From positions 192,001 to 256,000 of the forward strand of contig CAWAWS010000020.1 in assembly GCA_963785725.1 (NCBI GenBank): 64,000 bases of DNA. Reading direction: 5' to 3'. Under the pieces are notes generated by a model. That model worked only from the letters and a program-made list of their open reading frames with translations, was not told the DNA's origin and made no database searches. Made by a program: the position numbers and the translations under genes. This stretch comes from an uncultured delta proteobacterium. Lineage in GTDB: Bacteria > Myxococcota_A > Polyangia > Palsa-1104. The first letter of the stretch is position 1; every line of letters starts with the position of its first letter. Shown here piece after piece: positions 31,549 through 41,805 of this stretch.

Positions 31549-32046
31549 TTACAACGCGGATCCGTCGGAGGCACACAGCCACAGCTTGTCGCGACCTTCG
31601 TCACCACCGAGGCCGAGCAGCGCGCGCTCGCCGCGCGCGATCGCATTGCCACACTTGGCGCACACGACTTCGCGATTGGCGATGACGTCCTGCCACGCGT
31701 CGACGGAATCGAGCAGCGCGGCGGAATCGGAGCGCGGCTCGTATTTCACGGCCGGCTCGCGCGCCGACAGCGGCCGCTGCCCTTTGGCCGACTCGGCGAT
31801 GCGCAGCGCGTCGCGCTTGACCACCTCGCCCAAGTTGCGCGTCGTCGCCACGACATCGTCGACGAGATCGAAGGTGTCTTCGAGCACGTGGCGAATCAGC
31901 TGCGACACGGTCACTCGCTTGCGCTTCGCCTCTTTTTGCAGCTGCTCGCTCAGCTCTTCGGGCACGCGCGCTTGAATGATGCTGTCCTTGCGCTCGTCGG
32001 CGGGCAGCGGCTTGCGGCCGCGCGGCGCCTTCGTCTTCTTCGCCAT
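31549..32046 (-). CDS. ribbon-helix-helix protein with C-terminal Zn ribbon
   Basis: IIQARVPEELSEQLQKEAKRKRVTVSQLIR; CAKC...LC. Confidence 0.7.
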   Translation of the reverse strand: MAKKTKAPRGRKPLPADERKDSIIQARVPEELSEQLQKEAKRKRVTVSQLIRHVLEDTFDLVDDVVATTRNLGEVVKRDALRIAESAKGQRPLSAREPAVKYEPRSDSAALLDSVDAWQDVIANREVVCAKCGNAIARGERALLGLGGDEGRDKLWLCASDGSAL

Positions 32047-32054
32047 AGCGCGCA

Positions 32055-32813
32055 TTACGCCCGTTCGTGCGCCAGTTGCCAAGCCTGCTCCCGAGTTTGA
32101 ATGACGCCCGTCCACACGAGCACGCGCATCACCTGCCAGCACGGGTCGATCTCGAACCAGCGCACCGCGAAATTAGGGCGCTGACCGTACTTGTGATGGT
32201 TGTTCTGGAACAGCTCGCCCATCGTCAAGAAGTCGAACGGCAGCGTGTTGCGGCTGTCATCGCGCAAGTCGAAGTTGCGATAGCCGTACATATGGCCGGC
32301 CCAGTTGACGATGGCGCCGTGAATCGGACCCATCACGAAGTGCACCGGCAAAAGCAGCAGCCACCAGGCGTTGGGCATGAAGTGCAGATAGAACAGCACG
32401 TAGAGCGTGCCGAGCGCGATCCGCGTCGTCCACTGCTGCGACAGCCGATCGATCGCCTGCCACTCGGGCACGTCGCCGTCGAAGCGCGCTTCGGGCTCGA
32501 CGCGGCGATAGGCGTAGCCGTCGTAGCGCGCCTTGGTGTGCCACATCATCGCCGCCGCGTTCGGATGGAACAGCGGCGAATGCGGATCGCGCTCGGTGTC
32601 GGCGAACGCGTGATGCTCGCGGTGCAAGATCGCGTAGGCGCGCGGGATGAGAAACGACGGCCCCTGCGCGACGAACGAGAACAGGTAGAAGAAGCGCTCC
32701 CAGCCGGCGCTCATCGTGAACATCTTGTGCGCGCCGTAGCGATGGAGAAAGAACGTCTGCGCGAAGATCGAGAGAATCCAGTGCGCGAAGAAGAAGATCA
32801 GAATCGGTGCCAT
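32055..32813 (-). CDS. acyl-CoA (delta-9-type) desaturase
   Basis: HRYGAH, HREHH, DPHSP, GELFQNNHH. Confidence 0.92.
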   Translation of the reverse strand: MAPILIFFFAHWILSIFAQTFFLHRYGAHKMFTMSAGWERFFYLFSFVAQGPSFLIPRAYAILHREHHAFADTERDPHSPLFHPNAAAMMWHTKARYDGYAYRRVEPEARFDGDVPEWQAIDRLSQQWTTRIALGTLYVLFYLHFMPNAWWLLLLPVHFVMGPIHGAIVNWAGHMYGYRNFDLRDDSRNTLPFDFLTMGELFQNNHHKYGQRPNFAVRWFEIDPCWQVMRVLVWTGVIQTREQAWQLAHERA

Positions 32814-32920
32814 CGACGCCATTGGGTGCCACTCCTTTGCTGTGCTAATTCGTAATATTTTGTCATACGAAAAACAAGCGTAATCGTACGCGCTCGTCGC
32901 TGACGCGCTATGATTTGGGC

Positions 32921-33262
32921 ATGGTCGAGCTGCGCCTCGTCGGTCTGCTGCTCGGCGGCTTCGTCGTCGTGCCGTGGCTGTTGGCGATGGCGCCGTGGGA
33001 AGTGACGTTCGGCCTCGGCATTGCGCTCGTCGTCGTCGGCATGGCCGTCGGTGTGCCGGCGGGCGCGCTCTATCACCTGCGGCTGTGGCAGACGCTCAAG
33101 CCGGCGCGACGCTGGTGGGTGAATCCGACGGCGCTGCACGCGCAGCTCGAAGGCGCGAGCCGCGCGCGCGTGCTCTTCTGGTTTCGCTTCGGCGCCGTCG
33201 GCTTCGTGATCGCGATCGCGGGCTGCGCGCTGGTGGCGGTGGGCGTCATCCGCGCGGGCTGA
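32921..33262 (+). CDS. small membrane protein
   Basis: About 3 TM segments; TATGAT 6 nt before ATG. Confidence 0.65.
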   Translation: MVELRLVGLLLGGFVVVPWLLAMAPWEVTFGLGIALVVVGMAVGVPAGALYHLRLWQTLKPARRWWVNPTALHAQLEGASRARVLFWFRFGAVGFVIAIAGCALVAVGVIRAG

Positions 33263-33275
33263 GCTTCGTATGCCG

Positions 33276-35051
33276 CTACTTGTGCATCGAGACGAGGAAG
33301 TCGGCCGGCGGCAGCGTCACCGTCGCGCCGATCGCCGGCAGCGTGAACGGCGCGTAGCGCTGCACCGACCAGCGGGCGAAATAGAGCGACGGATCGGTCA
33401 GCGGCACGTCGAAGCGAAAGCGGGCGGAGGCGGGACGGCCGTCGGCGGTCGTCGACAGGACGTCGACGTGCATGCCGGTGAGGTCGATGTGCGCGTGCGG
33501 CGGCAGCGGACGGCTGCGCAGCATGTACTCGCTGATCCGCGGCATGAAGCCGCCGACGGGCGTCACGACCAGCGTGTGCTCGTCTTCGCGGGTGACGGTG
33601 ACGCTGTCGTGCGTCGACGTGAGCCAGCGAAACGTCGGGAGCGGCACGCCGAGCGCGGCGCGGCGCGAGGCGAGATAGCCGGCGAAGAAGTCGGCCGGCG
33701 GATTGACGAGCACGACCGTGCGGCCGGCGATGTCGGGCGTCGACGGCAGCGACTCGTCGGCGCGCGACAGCGGGATGTTCACCGCCTCCATCGAGCGCGA
33801 GCGCAAGACCAGCTGCGGCGGGGCCAGGATGACGTGTAGGAGCAGCAGCACGACGAAGCCGGACCAGCCCCACAGTCCACGCGGCGGGGTCAACAGGAAC
33901 TGCGCCACCACCGCCATCGCGCCGATGCCGACGAACCAGAGCAGGCGATCGGCGGGGAACGTGGAGCTGATGGGCACGACGGCGAAGAGCGCGCCGGTGG
34001 CGAAGAAGCGCGCCGTGCGATCGCGACGCACGACCGGAATGAGCTGTGCGACGACGAAGACGACGGACGTGAGCGCGACGACGAAGGCGATCTTCGCCGC
34101 CCGCGCGCCGATGTACGGCCACATGGCGGTCAGATCGGACCAGGGCAAGGAGAGCTGTCCGGCCAGCAAGTAGAGCGCGCGCGACGGCAGCGCGGTCACG
34201 AAGGCGCGCGGATCGTGCGCGGGGTCGACGTAGACGCCGGAGTTGGCCGTGCCGTAGCCGAGGTGGACGTAGATGGCGCGCCAGACGATGATGACGGCGA
34301 GGTAGGGCCACAGCCGCGCCAAGCGCGCGACGAGGCGGCCGCGATCGAGCCAGAGCGCGTGCGCGACCAGGTAGCCGACGACGGCCAGCGCCGACTCGCC
34401 GGCGCCGAGCGCGACGCCGAGGAGGGCCGGCGCCAGCCACGCGCCGGCGCGCCAGCCGTCGCGTCGCCAGCGGTCGTGCACCACCAGCACCGGCAGCGCC
34501 AACGACATCGCCACCATCGCGTTGCGGTTGGCGATCCAGCCGACGGGCTGGCCGTGCGCGTCGTCGAGCGCGTAGAGCAGCGTCGCCAGTCCGGCCACGG
34601 CCGGGTCGGCGTAGAAGCGGCGATAGACCCAAGCCACCGCCGCCAGCGCCAGCGCAAACCACACGAGGTTGTGCAGGTGCATGAGGAACGGCGAGTTGGG
34701 CCAGGCGTGCCAGTCGATGAAATGCGTCAGCGACGAGATGGGGCGGAAGAAGGCGAGCTTGACGTCGGGATCGGCCCACCACGGGTACATGCCCGCGTTC
34801 ATGGCCGCGCGGTTGCCGCCGGCGCTATGCCCGGCGAACGAGAAGAGGTCGAGCGAGCTCGCGGGAAGGCCGGGCAGACGCGACTGCCAGCCGCGGCCGA
34901 CGACCACCTGGATCCAGTCGTCGGCCACGAGGCCAATCGTCAGCGACGGCGCCACCAAGGCCACCGCCAGCGCGATGACACAAAGAGGCGACCATCGCCA
35001 CGAGAGCGCGCGTCTAATAATGCCGTTCGAGGACGTACCAGCCGAAGGCAC
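33276..35051 (-). CDS. polytopic membrane protein, GT-C glycosyltransferase-like (start uncertain)
   Basis: DD motif after TM1 (VADDW), FFRP, W..NR, many TMs, C-terminal soluble domain. Confidence 0.7.
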   Translation of the reverse strand: MPSAGTSSNGIIRRALSWRWSPLCVIALAVALVAPSLTIGLVADDWIQVVVGRGWQSRLPGLPASSLDLFSFAGHSAGGNRAAMNAGMYPWWADPDVKLAFFRPISSLTHFIDWHAWPNSPFLMHLHNLVWFALALAAVAWVYRRFYADPAVAGLATLLYALDDAHGQPVGWIANRNAMVAMSLALPVLVVHDRWRRDGWRAGAWLAPALLGVALGAGESALAVVGYLVAHALWLDRGRLVARLARLWPYLAVIIVWRAIYVHLGYGTANSGVYVDPAHDPRAFVTALPSRALYLLAGQLSLPWSDLTAMWPYIGARAAKIAFVVALTSVVFVVAQLIPVVRRDRTARFFATGALFAVVPISSTFPADRLLWFVGIGAMAVVAQFLLTPPRGLWGWSGFVVLLLLHVILAPPQLVLRSRSMEAVNIPLSRADESLPSTPDIAGRTVVLVNPPADFFAGYLASRRAALGVPLPTFRWLTSTHDSVTVTREDEHTLVVTPVGGFMPRISEYMLRSRPLPPHAHIDLTGMHVDVLSTTADGRPASARFRFDVPLTDPSLYFARWSVQRYAPFTLPAIGATVTLPPADFLVSMHK

Positions 35052-37269
35052 GCAACATCACTTTCGAGATCGAGTCGGCCAACAGCGGCTCGGCGGCGTT
35101 CCACGCGCTCTCGACGAGCTCGGTGGCGCGATCGGCGCACGCTTGAATCGCGCCGCAGGTCTCCAGCCGCTCGACGACCGAGGAGACGATGACCGGATCG
35201 GTCGGCTTCGACGCCAACGTCGCGAACAGCTCTTGGCGCTGGGCGCGATCGAGCAAGCCCATCGCCGTCGCGACGGGGAGCGTGATGGTGCCGTTGGTGA
35301 CGTCTTCGCCACGAGACTTCAGGTTACCCTTGAAGCCGCGCAAGTTCAGCACGTCATCGACGATCTGGAACGCCAAGCCCAGCGACTCGAAGAAGCGGCC
35401 GACCGCTTCGATCTGCGCTTCGGAGCCGCCGCCGCACAACGCGCCCATGCGCGCCAAGCAGCCGGCCGGAACGCCCGCCTTCAGACGATGCGTCGCCAGC
35501 ACGCGCGACTCGAGCAGCGAGGCGTCGCCGCTCTCGACGATCGACGGCAGCATGCCGTGCAAGCTGTCGATGTCGAGCGCTTGACCGGCGTGACCGGCGC
35601 GCATGACCTCGAAGAACAGCTCGTAGCAGCGCACGCGCGCCGCCGGCGAAATGTCGAGCGTGCGCAAGAGGCGCTCGGTCACGAAGTAGGCCGCCGTGCC
35701 CGCGTTGATGGCGAGCGGCTCACCGTACGTGATGTGCGCCGCCGGACCGCCGCGCCGCACCGTCGAGCGATCCTGCACGTCGTCGACGATGAGCGAGCCC
35801 ACGTGCATCAGCTCCGCCATCGCCAGCCACTGCAGGTACTTGCGCGAATCGCCGCCGACGACGTCGCACGCCGCCAAAGCCGCGTACGAACGCCACGACT
35901 TGCCGCCGCGATCGCTGATGGCGCGAATGGGCTCGAGGAGCGCGCGCGACAGCTGCTGCAAGTCCACGCCGTCGACGTAGTGGCCGCGCCCTTCGGACGC
36001 GATCAGGTTCTCGGCCTGCTCGCGCGTCAGCTCGAGCGGAATGGCCTTGGCCACCTCGGCGCGGACTTCCTTGCCGACCGCCGAGAAGAATTCGTCGAGG
36101 TCGTGCACCGACTCGAAGCCCGAGCGCTCGACGTAACCGACGCCGTGCACCGGATGGCCGTTGCGGCTGCCGACGATCTCGGTGCGGCCTTCCCAAAACG
36201 CCGGCTTCGAGATCGTCGTCAGGAACTCTTGATCGGCGAAGGCGGCGTTGATGCTGAGCTCGAGCTTCTCCGCCGGCACCGTCAGCTGCCAGCGCGTCGG
36301 ATAGTCGTTGAACATGCGCTTGGAGCGCCAGCTCTCGAGCGGCTTGAGCGTCATGTCCTTGTGCGAACGGAACTGCCCGTCGGAGTCGCTGGCGACGGCC
36401 CACTGATGCAGCACTTCGCCGTCGGCGACGCGCACGAGCGAGTACGCCGAGATGTCCGTGCCGTCGTCGAGCTGCACGGCGGCCCAGTTCCAGGCGATGT
36501 CGACGCGCTTCTCCTTCTCGAGGTCGGCGTCGGCCGTCGGCTGCTTCTGCTGCAGATCGCTGAAGAAGCCGCCGAACTCGTGATCGTACCAGCCTTGACC
36601 GGCGACGATCGGCTGCGCGCGACCGTCGAGCGTCACCGCGCCCGTGACCGAGCAGCGCGGGATGAAGTAGTAGAACATCTCTTCGCCGTTGACGCCGCGG
36701 ACGACGCCGTCGTCGCCGTGACGCGCCGGCGTCTTGCCGGGAACGAACGTCAGCTCGACGGCGACTTGCTCGTTGGCGACCTGCAGCCGATAGCTGCCGT
36801 CGTCGTTCTTGGCGAAGCGCGCGCCGCCGAAGTCGAGCTCGAGCCGCCGCTCGCCGATGTAGACGGGCGCGTCGAACATGCGATCGGGCGCCGGCACGTG
36901 ACCGCGCTCGAGGATCTCGGCGATGGCGCGATTGAGCCGCGGATCGCGCGAGCCGCGACCCTGCTTGATGCGATCGAGGCCCATCTTCGGCGCCGACGGA
37001 TCGACGCGCGAATCGGAGACGTAGGTCTTGTGGTCGAGATCCGACAGCGCCCACGTCACTGAATGCGCGTATTCCGGCTGCTTCGTCTCCGCATTCTTTC
37101 CTTTGACGATGCGGAAGAACGCCGCGAACAGAGACAGACGGCGACCGTCCGCGCTCTGAAAATGCGTGTTCATGTACCACCATTCGGTGGTCGACGAGCG
37201 ATGCGGAAGGTCGTGCACGCCCAGATCAATCGGACCCGGCTGCGGCCAATCAGCGGGGAAACGGCTCAT
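35014..37269 (-). CDS. lipocalin-like (CrtC/AttH) domain fused to trans-polyprenyl synthase
   Basis: EWWY, YYF, GWYDHEF, WNW, FWEG; GGKSWR, DDVQD..VRRG, GQALD, FQIVDDVLN. Confidence 0.85.
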   Translation of the reverse strand: MSRFPADWPQPGPIDLGVHDLPHRSSTTEWWYMNTHFQSADGRRLSLFAAFFRIVKGKNAETKQPEYAHSVTWALSDLDHKTYVSDSRVDPSAPKMGLDRIKQGRGSRDPRLNRAIAEILERGHVPAPDRMFDAPVYIGERRLELDFGGARFAKNDDGSYRLQVANEQVAVELTFVPGKTPARHGDDGVVRGVNGEEMFYYFIPRCSVTGAVTLDGRAQPIVAGQGWYDHEFGGFFSDLQQKQPTADADLEKEKRVDIAWNWAAVQLDDGTDISAYSLVRVADGEVLHQWAVASDSDGQFRSHKDMTLKPLESWRSKRMFNDYPTRWQLTVPAEKLELSINAAFADQEFLTTISKPAFWEGRTEIVGSRNGHPVHGVGYVERSGFESVHDLDEFFSAVGKEVRAEVAKAIPLELTREQAENLIASEGRGHYVDGVDLQQLSRALLEPIRAISDRGGKSWRSYAALAACDVVGGDSRKYLQWLAMAELMHVGSLIVDDVQDRSTVRRGGPAAHITYGEPLAINAGTAAYFVTERLLRTLDISPAARVRCYELFFEVMRAGHAGQALDIDSLHGMLPSIVESGDASLLESRVLATHRLKAGVPAGCLARMGALCGGGSEAQIEAVGRFFESLGLAFQIVDDVLNLRGFKGNLKSRGEDVTNGTITLPVATAMGLLDRAQRQELFATLASKPTDPVIVSSVVERLETCGAIQACADRATELVESAWNAAEPLLADSISKVMLRAFGWYVLERHY

Positions 37270-37424
37270 GTGCAGTAAGTCGCCTCAAGCGCACGATCGG
37301 GACACGCGGCTGCGGAATTTTCCCGTCAGAAACACGAATTCGTAACGCTTGTGCTGCTCACTACAATTAGGTACCAAAATCGTCACAAATGCGCACGGGC
37401 GTGCTCGCGCTATGATGCGAGCGG

Positions 37425-38348
37425 ATGCGCGCGGTCAAGCCGCTGTTGGCGCTGGCAGGCATGGCGCTGCTCGGGTTCATGCTGTCGAAGCTGTCGCGTG
37501 TCGAGCTGGCCGCGGATCTGGCGCGCGTCGGACCCTGGGCGCTGCTGACGCCGCTGCTCGCAGGCGGCTGGCTCTACGGCAACGCGATGGCGCTCTACGT
37601 ATTTCTACCGCCCGCTGTCTCGAAGTGGGGACTGTGGCGCAATCGCTTCGTGTCCGAGGGCTACAACAATTTGCTGCCGCTGCTCGGGCTCGGCGGCGAA
37701 GGCTTCAAAGTGCGCCATCTTCAGCGCACGATTCCGCTCGACGAGGCGGTGACGGCGACGCTCAAGGAGCGGCTCGTCGACAGCGTGCTCGGCTTGTGGC
37801 AGCCGGCGGCGTGCGTGGCGCTGGGCGCGATCGTGCTGCCGCTGCCGCGCGCCGGACACGACGCGGCCGTCGCCTCGGCGGTGGGTTCGTTCGCGCTCGG
37901 CTGCGTCGCGCTGGCGGCGATCTTCACGCCCTGGCCCTATCGCCTCGCCGCGCGCGCCACGCGACTCCTCGGCGGCAAAGTGGCCACGAGCGACGCGCCG
38001 GCGCCGCGCCCCAAGCTCGGCGTGCGCGCGACGATCGCATCCGTCGGCTGGATGCTCGTCGGCCGCGTCCTCGGCGTCTGCGAGATCGGCCTCATCATGT
38101 GGCGGCTCGGTCACGCGCCGTCGATCGTCGAATGGATCTTCTTGTACGGCGCGTTCGGCGTCGTGGGCACGATCGCCTGGCCGGTGCCGGGCAATCTCGG
38201 CGTCAACGAAGCGGCGTCGATGCTGCTGTTTCAGTGGCTGGGATTGCCGCAAGCGGACGGCATGGCGCTGGCGCTGGTGCGGCGCGCGCGCCTCTTGTTC
38301 GTCAGCTCGTGTGGTGTGGCGCTGTTTGCGGCGGAGCGGCGGCGCTGA
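37425..38348 (+). CDS. lysylphosphatidylglycerol synthase TM / flippase-like protein
   Basis: NNLLP..GLGGE, VPGNLGVNE, RRAR. Confidence 0.75.
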   Translation: MRAVKPLLALAGMALLGFMLSKLSRVELAADLARVGPWALLTPLLAGGWLYGNAMALYVFLPPAVSKWGLWRNRFVSEGYNNLLPLLGLGGEGFKVRHLQRTIPLDEAVTATLKERLVDSVLGLWQPAACVALGAIVLPLPRAGHDAAVASAVGSFALGCVALAAIFTPWPYRLAARATRLLGGKVATSDAPAPRPKLGVRATIASVGWMLVGRVLGVCEIGLIMWRLGHAPSIVEWIFLYGAFGVVGTIAWPVPGNLGVNEAASMLLFQWLGLPQADGMALALVRRARLLFVSSCGVALFAAERRR

Positions 38349-38811
38349 CGGCTTCGTCGACGGCGTCGACGCCGAGCGGCTCCTCGCGTGACGAACGATC
38401 GCGAAACACGAAGTAGCGGTGCATCGGGAAGTTCCACAGCATGCCGACGACGACGCTCAACAGCACGCGCGCCAAGATGTAGTTGAGGCCGAGCGCCACG
38501 AACAGCTTCTCGCCGCGCGAGTTGAAGATGAGGCTCAGCGTCGAGACGAAGGCGTAGCGCAGCGCTTGGCCGCGGATGTCGCCGTGTGCCGACTGAAAGA
38601 CCCAGCGCCGGCCGAGCGTGAAGCTGATGACGGCGCCGAACAGCGAGCCGATGGCCGTCGCCATCGCCGGCGTCAGGCCGAGGCCGCTCTTGCACACGAT
38701 CATGACGGCGAAGTCGACGGCGGTGGCCGCCGCGGCCGAGATCTGATGCTGGCTGAACACGAACAGCGTGCGCCGCTTGTGCTTCGTTGGCACCTGTCGA
38801 GTCTGAAGCAT
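38302..38811 (-). CDS. GtrA family protein
   Basis: ATAVDF, F.LGRRWVF, RYAFVS, WNFPMHRYFVF. Confidence 0.85.
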   Translation of the reverse strand: MLQTRQVPTKHKRRTLFVFSQHQISAAAATAVDFAVMIVCKSGLGLTPAMATAIGSLFGAVISFTLGRRWVFQSAHGDIRGQALRYAFVSTLSLIFNSRGEKLFVALGLNYILARVLLSVVVGMLWNFPMHRYFVFRDRSSREEPLGVDAVDEAVSAAAPPQTAPHHTS

Positions 38812-38879
38812 CACGGCGCCGCCGACAACCGCAGCCGCGGCCACGCGCGAAGCGACGTGCGAGAGATCACGACCCGCCG

Positions 38880-39932
38880 CTACTTTTGGACGTTCGCGAG
38901 GCCGTGCAGCGCGGGCGCGAGCGACATCTCGACGCAGCCGGAGCGCGACGAGGCGTAAGCGGTCTCGATCACGCGCACGCACAAGGCGGCGTCGCGCGCG
39001 TCGGGCCCGACGTATTCGCCGGCGTCGATGGCGGCGCCGAAGCGGTCGAGCACCGAGCCGAACCACTCTTTGTGGCTGGCGTCGCCCCAATGCGACGCGA
39101 TCGAGCGGCGCTCGACAGGCTGGCCTTTGACGGCGACCTCGATGTCGTCGTCCTCGAGCTTGATGGCGCCGCGATCGCCGTGGATGGTGTAGATGACCTT
39201 GCGCACGGCCGCGTTCCACGTCAGGCGCGCCATCGCGACGCCGGTGGGAAACGTCAGCGTGCACGTGAAGTTGTCTTCGGTGTCGTAAGCGCCCGTCGAC
39301 GACATCTTGGCCGTGATCGAGAGCGGATCGCCGCCCAGCCAGTCGAACACGAGGTAGAACGTGTGCGCGCCGTGATCCATGGCGATGCCGCCGCCGGCCC
39401 AGCCGCGAATGCGGCGCCAGTCGGGCAGCCACTCGGACACGCCGCGCGCGTGCTGCGTGCGAAACGTGTCGAGCGTGACGAGGTTGACGGCGCCGATGCG
39501 ACCGGAGTCGATGATGTCGCGCACGGCACGCATCGACGGCGCGAACTTGTAATTGTGGATGGGGAAGAACGTCCGTTTACAGCGGTGCGCTTCCGACAGC
39601 ACCATCTCGGCTTCGTGCAGCGACGCCGCCAACGGCTTCTCGCACAAGACGTTCATGCCGCGCTGCATGGCGGCGCAGGCGATCGACGCGTGATCGCGCG
39701 GGGGCGTGGCGATGTCGACGAAGTCGAGGTGCTTCTCGCCGGCGAAGAGCGCCGCCGCGTCCTCGTAAATGCGCGCGTTCGGCAGGAGCTTACGGGCGAG
39801 CTCGCGGCGCGGGCCGCAGACGTCGGCGACGGCGGCGATGCTGAAGTCGCGGCGTGTCAAATAGGCGGGTAAATGCCCCTTCTCGGCAATGAACCCGAAC
39901 CCGATGATCGCGCCTTGGCGACCGGACGACAT
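38880..39932 (-). CDS. Gfo/Idh/MocA oxidoreductase
   Basis: IIGFGFIA, IATPP..H, CEKP, GGGIAMDHGAH. Confidence 0.9.
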   Translation of the reverse strand: MSSGRQGAIIGFGFIAEKGHLPAYLTRRDFSIAAVADVCGPRRELARKLLPNARIYEDAAALFAGEKHLDFVDIATPPRDHASIACAAMQRGMNVLCEKPLAASLHEAEMVLSEAHRCKRTFFPIHNYKFAPSMRAVRDIIDSGRIGAVNLVTLDTFRTQHARGVSEWLPDWRRIRGWAGGGIAMDHGAHTFYLVFDWLGGDPLSITAKMSSTGAYDTEDNFTCTLTFPTGVAMARLTWNAAVRKVIYTIHGDRGAIKLEDDDIEVAVKGQPVERRSIASHWGDASHKEWFGSVLDRFGAAIDAGEYVGPDARDAALCVRVIETAYASSRSGCVEMSLAPALHGLANVQK

Positions 39933-40187
39933 GGTGGGGAGACGTACCGGAACGACCGACCAGTGTCAAGTCGGCGCCCGTAAAGCAACAGACGTGTGAG
40001 GCGGCCTTACGATGTAGCGCGCCTATTAATGAGGCGCGCCCTGGAAGTCGCGGCGCCGGCAGAGTCAATCGCGCCCTTCTCCTCCCGGCTCTGTGTGCAC
40101 GAATTTTACATATCGAGCTGGGCGTCGCCGGCGCGAGACAGGGCGCGGTCGCCTCGGCGCCGGTGGCAGCTGTGCTAGCGTTTTGCC

Positions 40188-41805
40188 ATGCGCACGCATG
40201 ACGTGGTCAATCAGCCGCCGCCGCTCGTCGACTATGACGTCTTCGCCGGCGATCGCGCGCTCGGCGAGGCGGTCGAGCGCGAAGGCGCCGGCTGGGCCAA
40301 GGAGCGGCTGCACGCGCTCGGGCGGCTCGCCGGCGGTGACGCGATCGCGTGGGGGCAGCAGGCGAACAAGTACACGCCCGAGCTGCACGCGTTCGACCGC
40401 TACGGCCATCGCGTGGACGAGGTGGAATATCACGGCGCCTGGCACGCGCTCATGAAGGCGGGCGTCGAAGCGGGGCTGCACGCGTCGCCGTGGCGCGAGC
40501 CGCGCGTCGGCGCGCACGTCGCGCGCGCGGCCGGCTTCATGGTGCTGACGCAGGCCGAGGCGGGCTTCGGCTGTCCCATTTCGATGACCTACTCGGCGGT
40601 GCCGGCGCTGCGGGCGACGCCGGAGCTGGCGCGGCAGTGGGAGCCGCGGCTGACGTCGCTCCACTACGACCCGCGCAATCGGCCGGCGCACGAAAAGACG
40701 GGCGCGCTCTCGGCATGGCGATGACCGAGAAGCAGGGCGGCTCCGACGTGCGCGCCAACTCGACGCGCGCCACCCGCAACGGCGACGGCAGCTACACGCT
40801 CGTCGGCCACAAGTGGTTCTGCTCGGCGCCGATGTGCGACGTGTTCTTGACCTGGCGCAGACCGATCGCGGGCTCGGCTGTTTCTTGGTCCCGCGCTGGC
40901 TGCCCGACGGCACGAAGAACCGCATGCACCTGCAGCGGCTCAAGGACAAGCTCGGCAATCGCTCGAACGCCTCGAGCGAGGTCGAATTCGACGGCGCGTG
41001 GGCGCAGCTCGTCGGCGAAGAGGGCCGCGGCGTGCCGACGATCATCGAGATGGTCAACCACACGCGCCTCGACTGCTGCATCGGCGCGGCGGCGGGCATG
41101 CGCATCGGCGTAACGCAGGCGCTGCATCACGCGTCGCACCGCACGGCGTTCGGCAAGCGGCTCGTCGATCAGCCGCTGATGCAGAACGTCTTGTGCGACT
41201 TGGCGCTCGAGTCGGAAGCGGCGACGGCGACGATGGCGCGGCTGGCGCGCGCCTACGACGAGGCGCAGCACGATCCCGAGGCGCGCCGCTTCGCGCGCCT
41301 GGCGACGGCCGTGTGCAAGTATTGGCTGTGCAAGCGCGCGCCGGCGCACGCGGCCGAGGCGCTCGAGTGTCTCGGCGGCAACGGCTACGTCGAGGAGTCG
41401 AATCTGCCGCGGCTTTATCGCGAGGCGCCGCTCAACTCGATCTGGGAAGGCTCGGGCAACGTCATCTGCCTCGATGTTTTGCGGGCGATGCACAAAGATC
41501 CGGCGGCGGTCGAGCTGTTCTTCGGCGAGGTCGCGCGCGCCGACGAGCCGCGCCTGACGCGCGCGGTGACGGCGCTGCAGCGCGAGCTCGGCGACCTCGA
41601 CGGCATCGAGACGCGCGCGCGGCGCATCGTCGAGCGGCTGGCGATCGTCTTACAGGCGTCGCTGCTGTTGCGGCACGCGCCGCAGGCGGTGTCGTCGGCG
41701 TTCCTGACCTCGCGGCTCGACGGCGATCGCGGTCTCGCGTTCGGCACGCTGCCGCCGGGCGTCGACTGCGACGCGATCTTGGCGCGCGCCGCCGTCAGTC
41801 GCTGA
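40188..41805 (+). CDS. acyl-CoA dehydrogenase (AidB-like), two frameshifts near 40710 and 40850
   Basis: HDVVNQPP, CPISMT, MTEKQGGSDV, GHKWFCSAP, KDKLGNRSNASSE, IWEGSGN. Confidence 0.9.

Noticed and set aside
34669..37062. Long alternative ORFs (also 19618..21432, 46909..49734, 52335..54095, 53935..56130)
   Set aside because: Antisense shadows of recognisable genes, expected at high GC; no motifs
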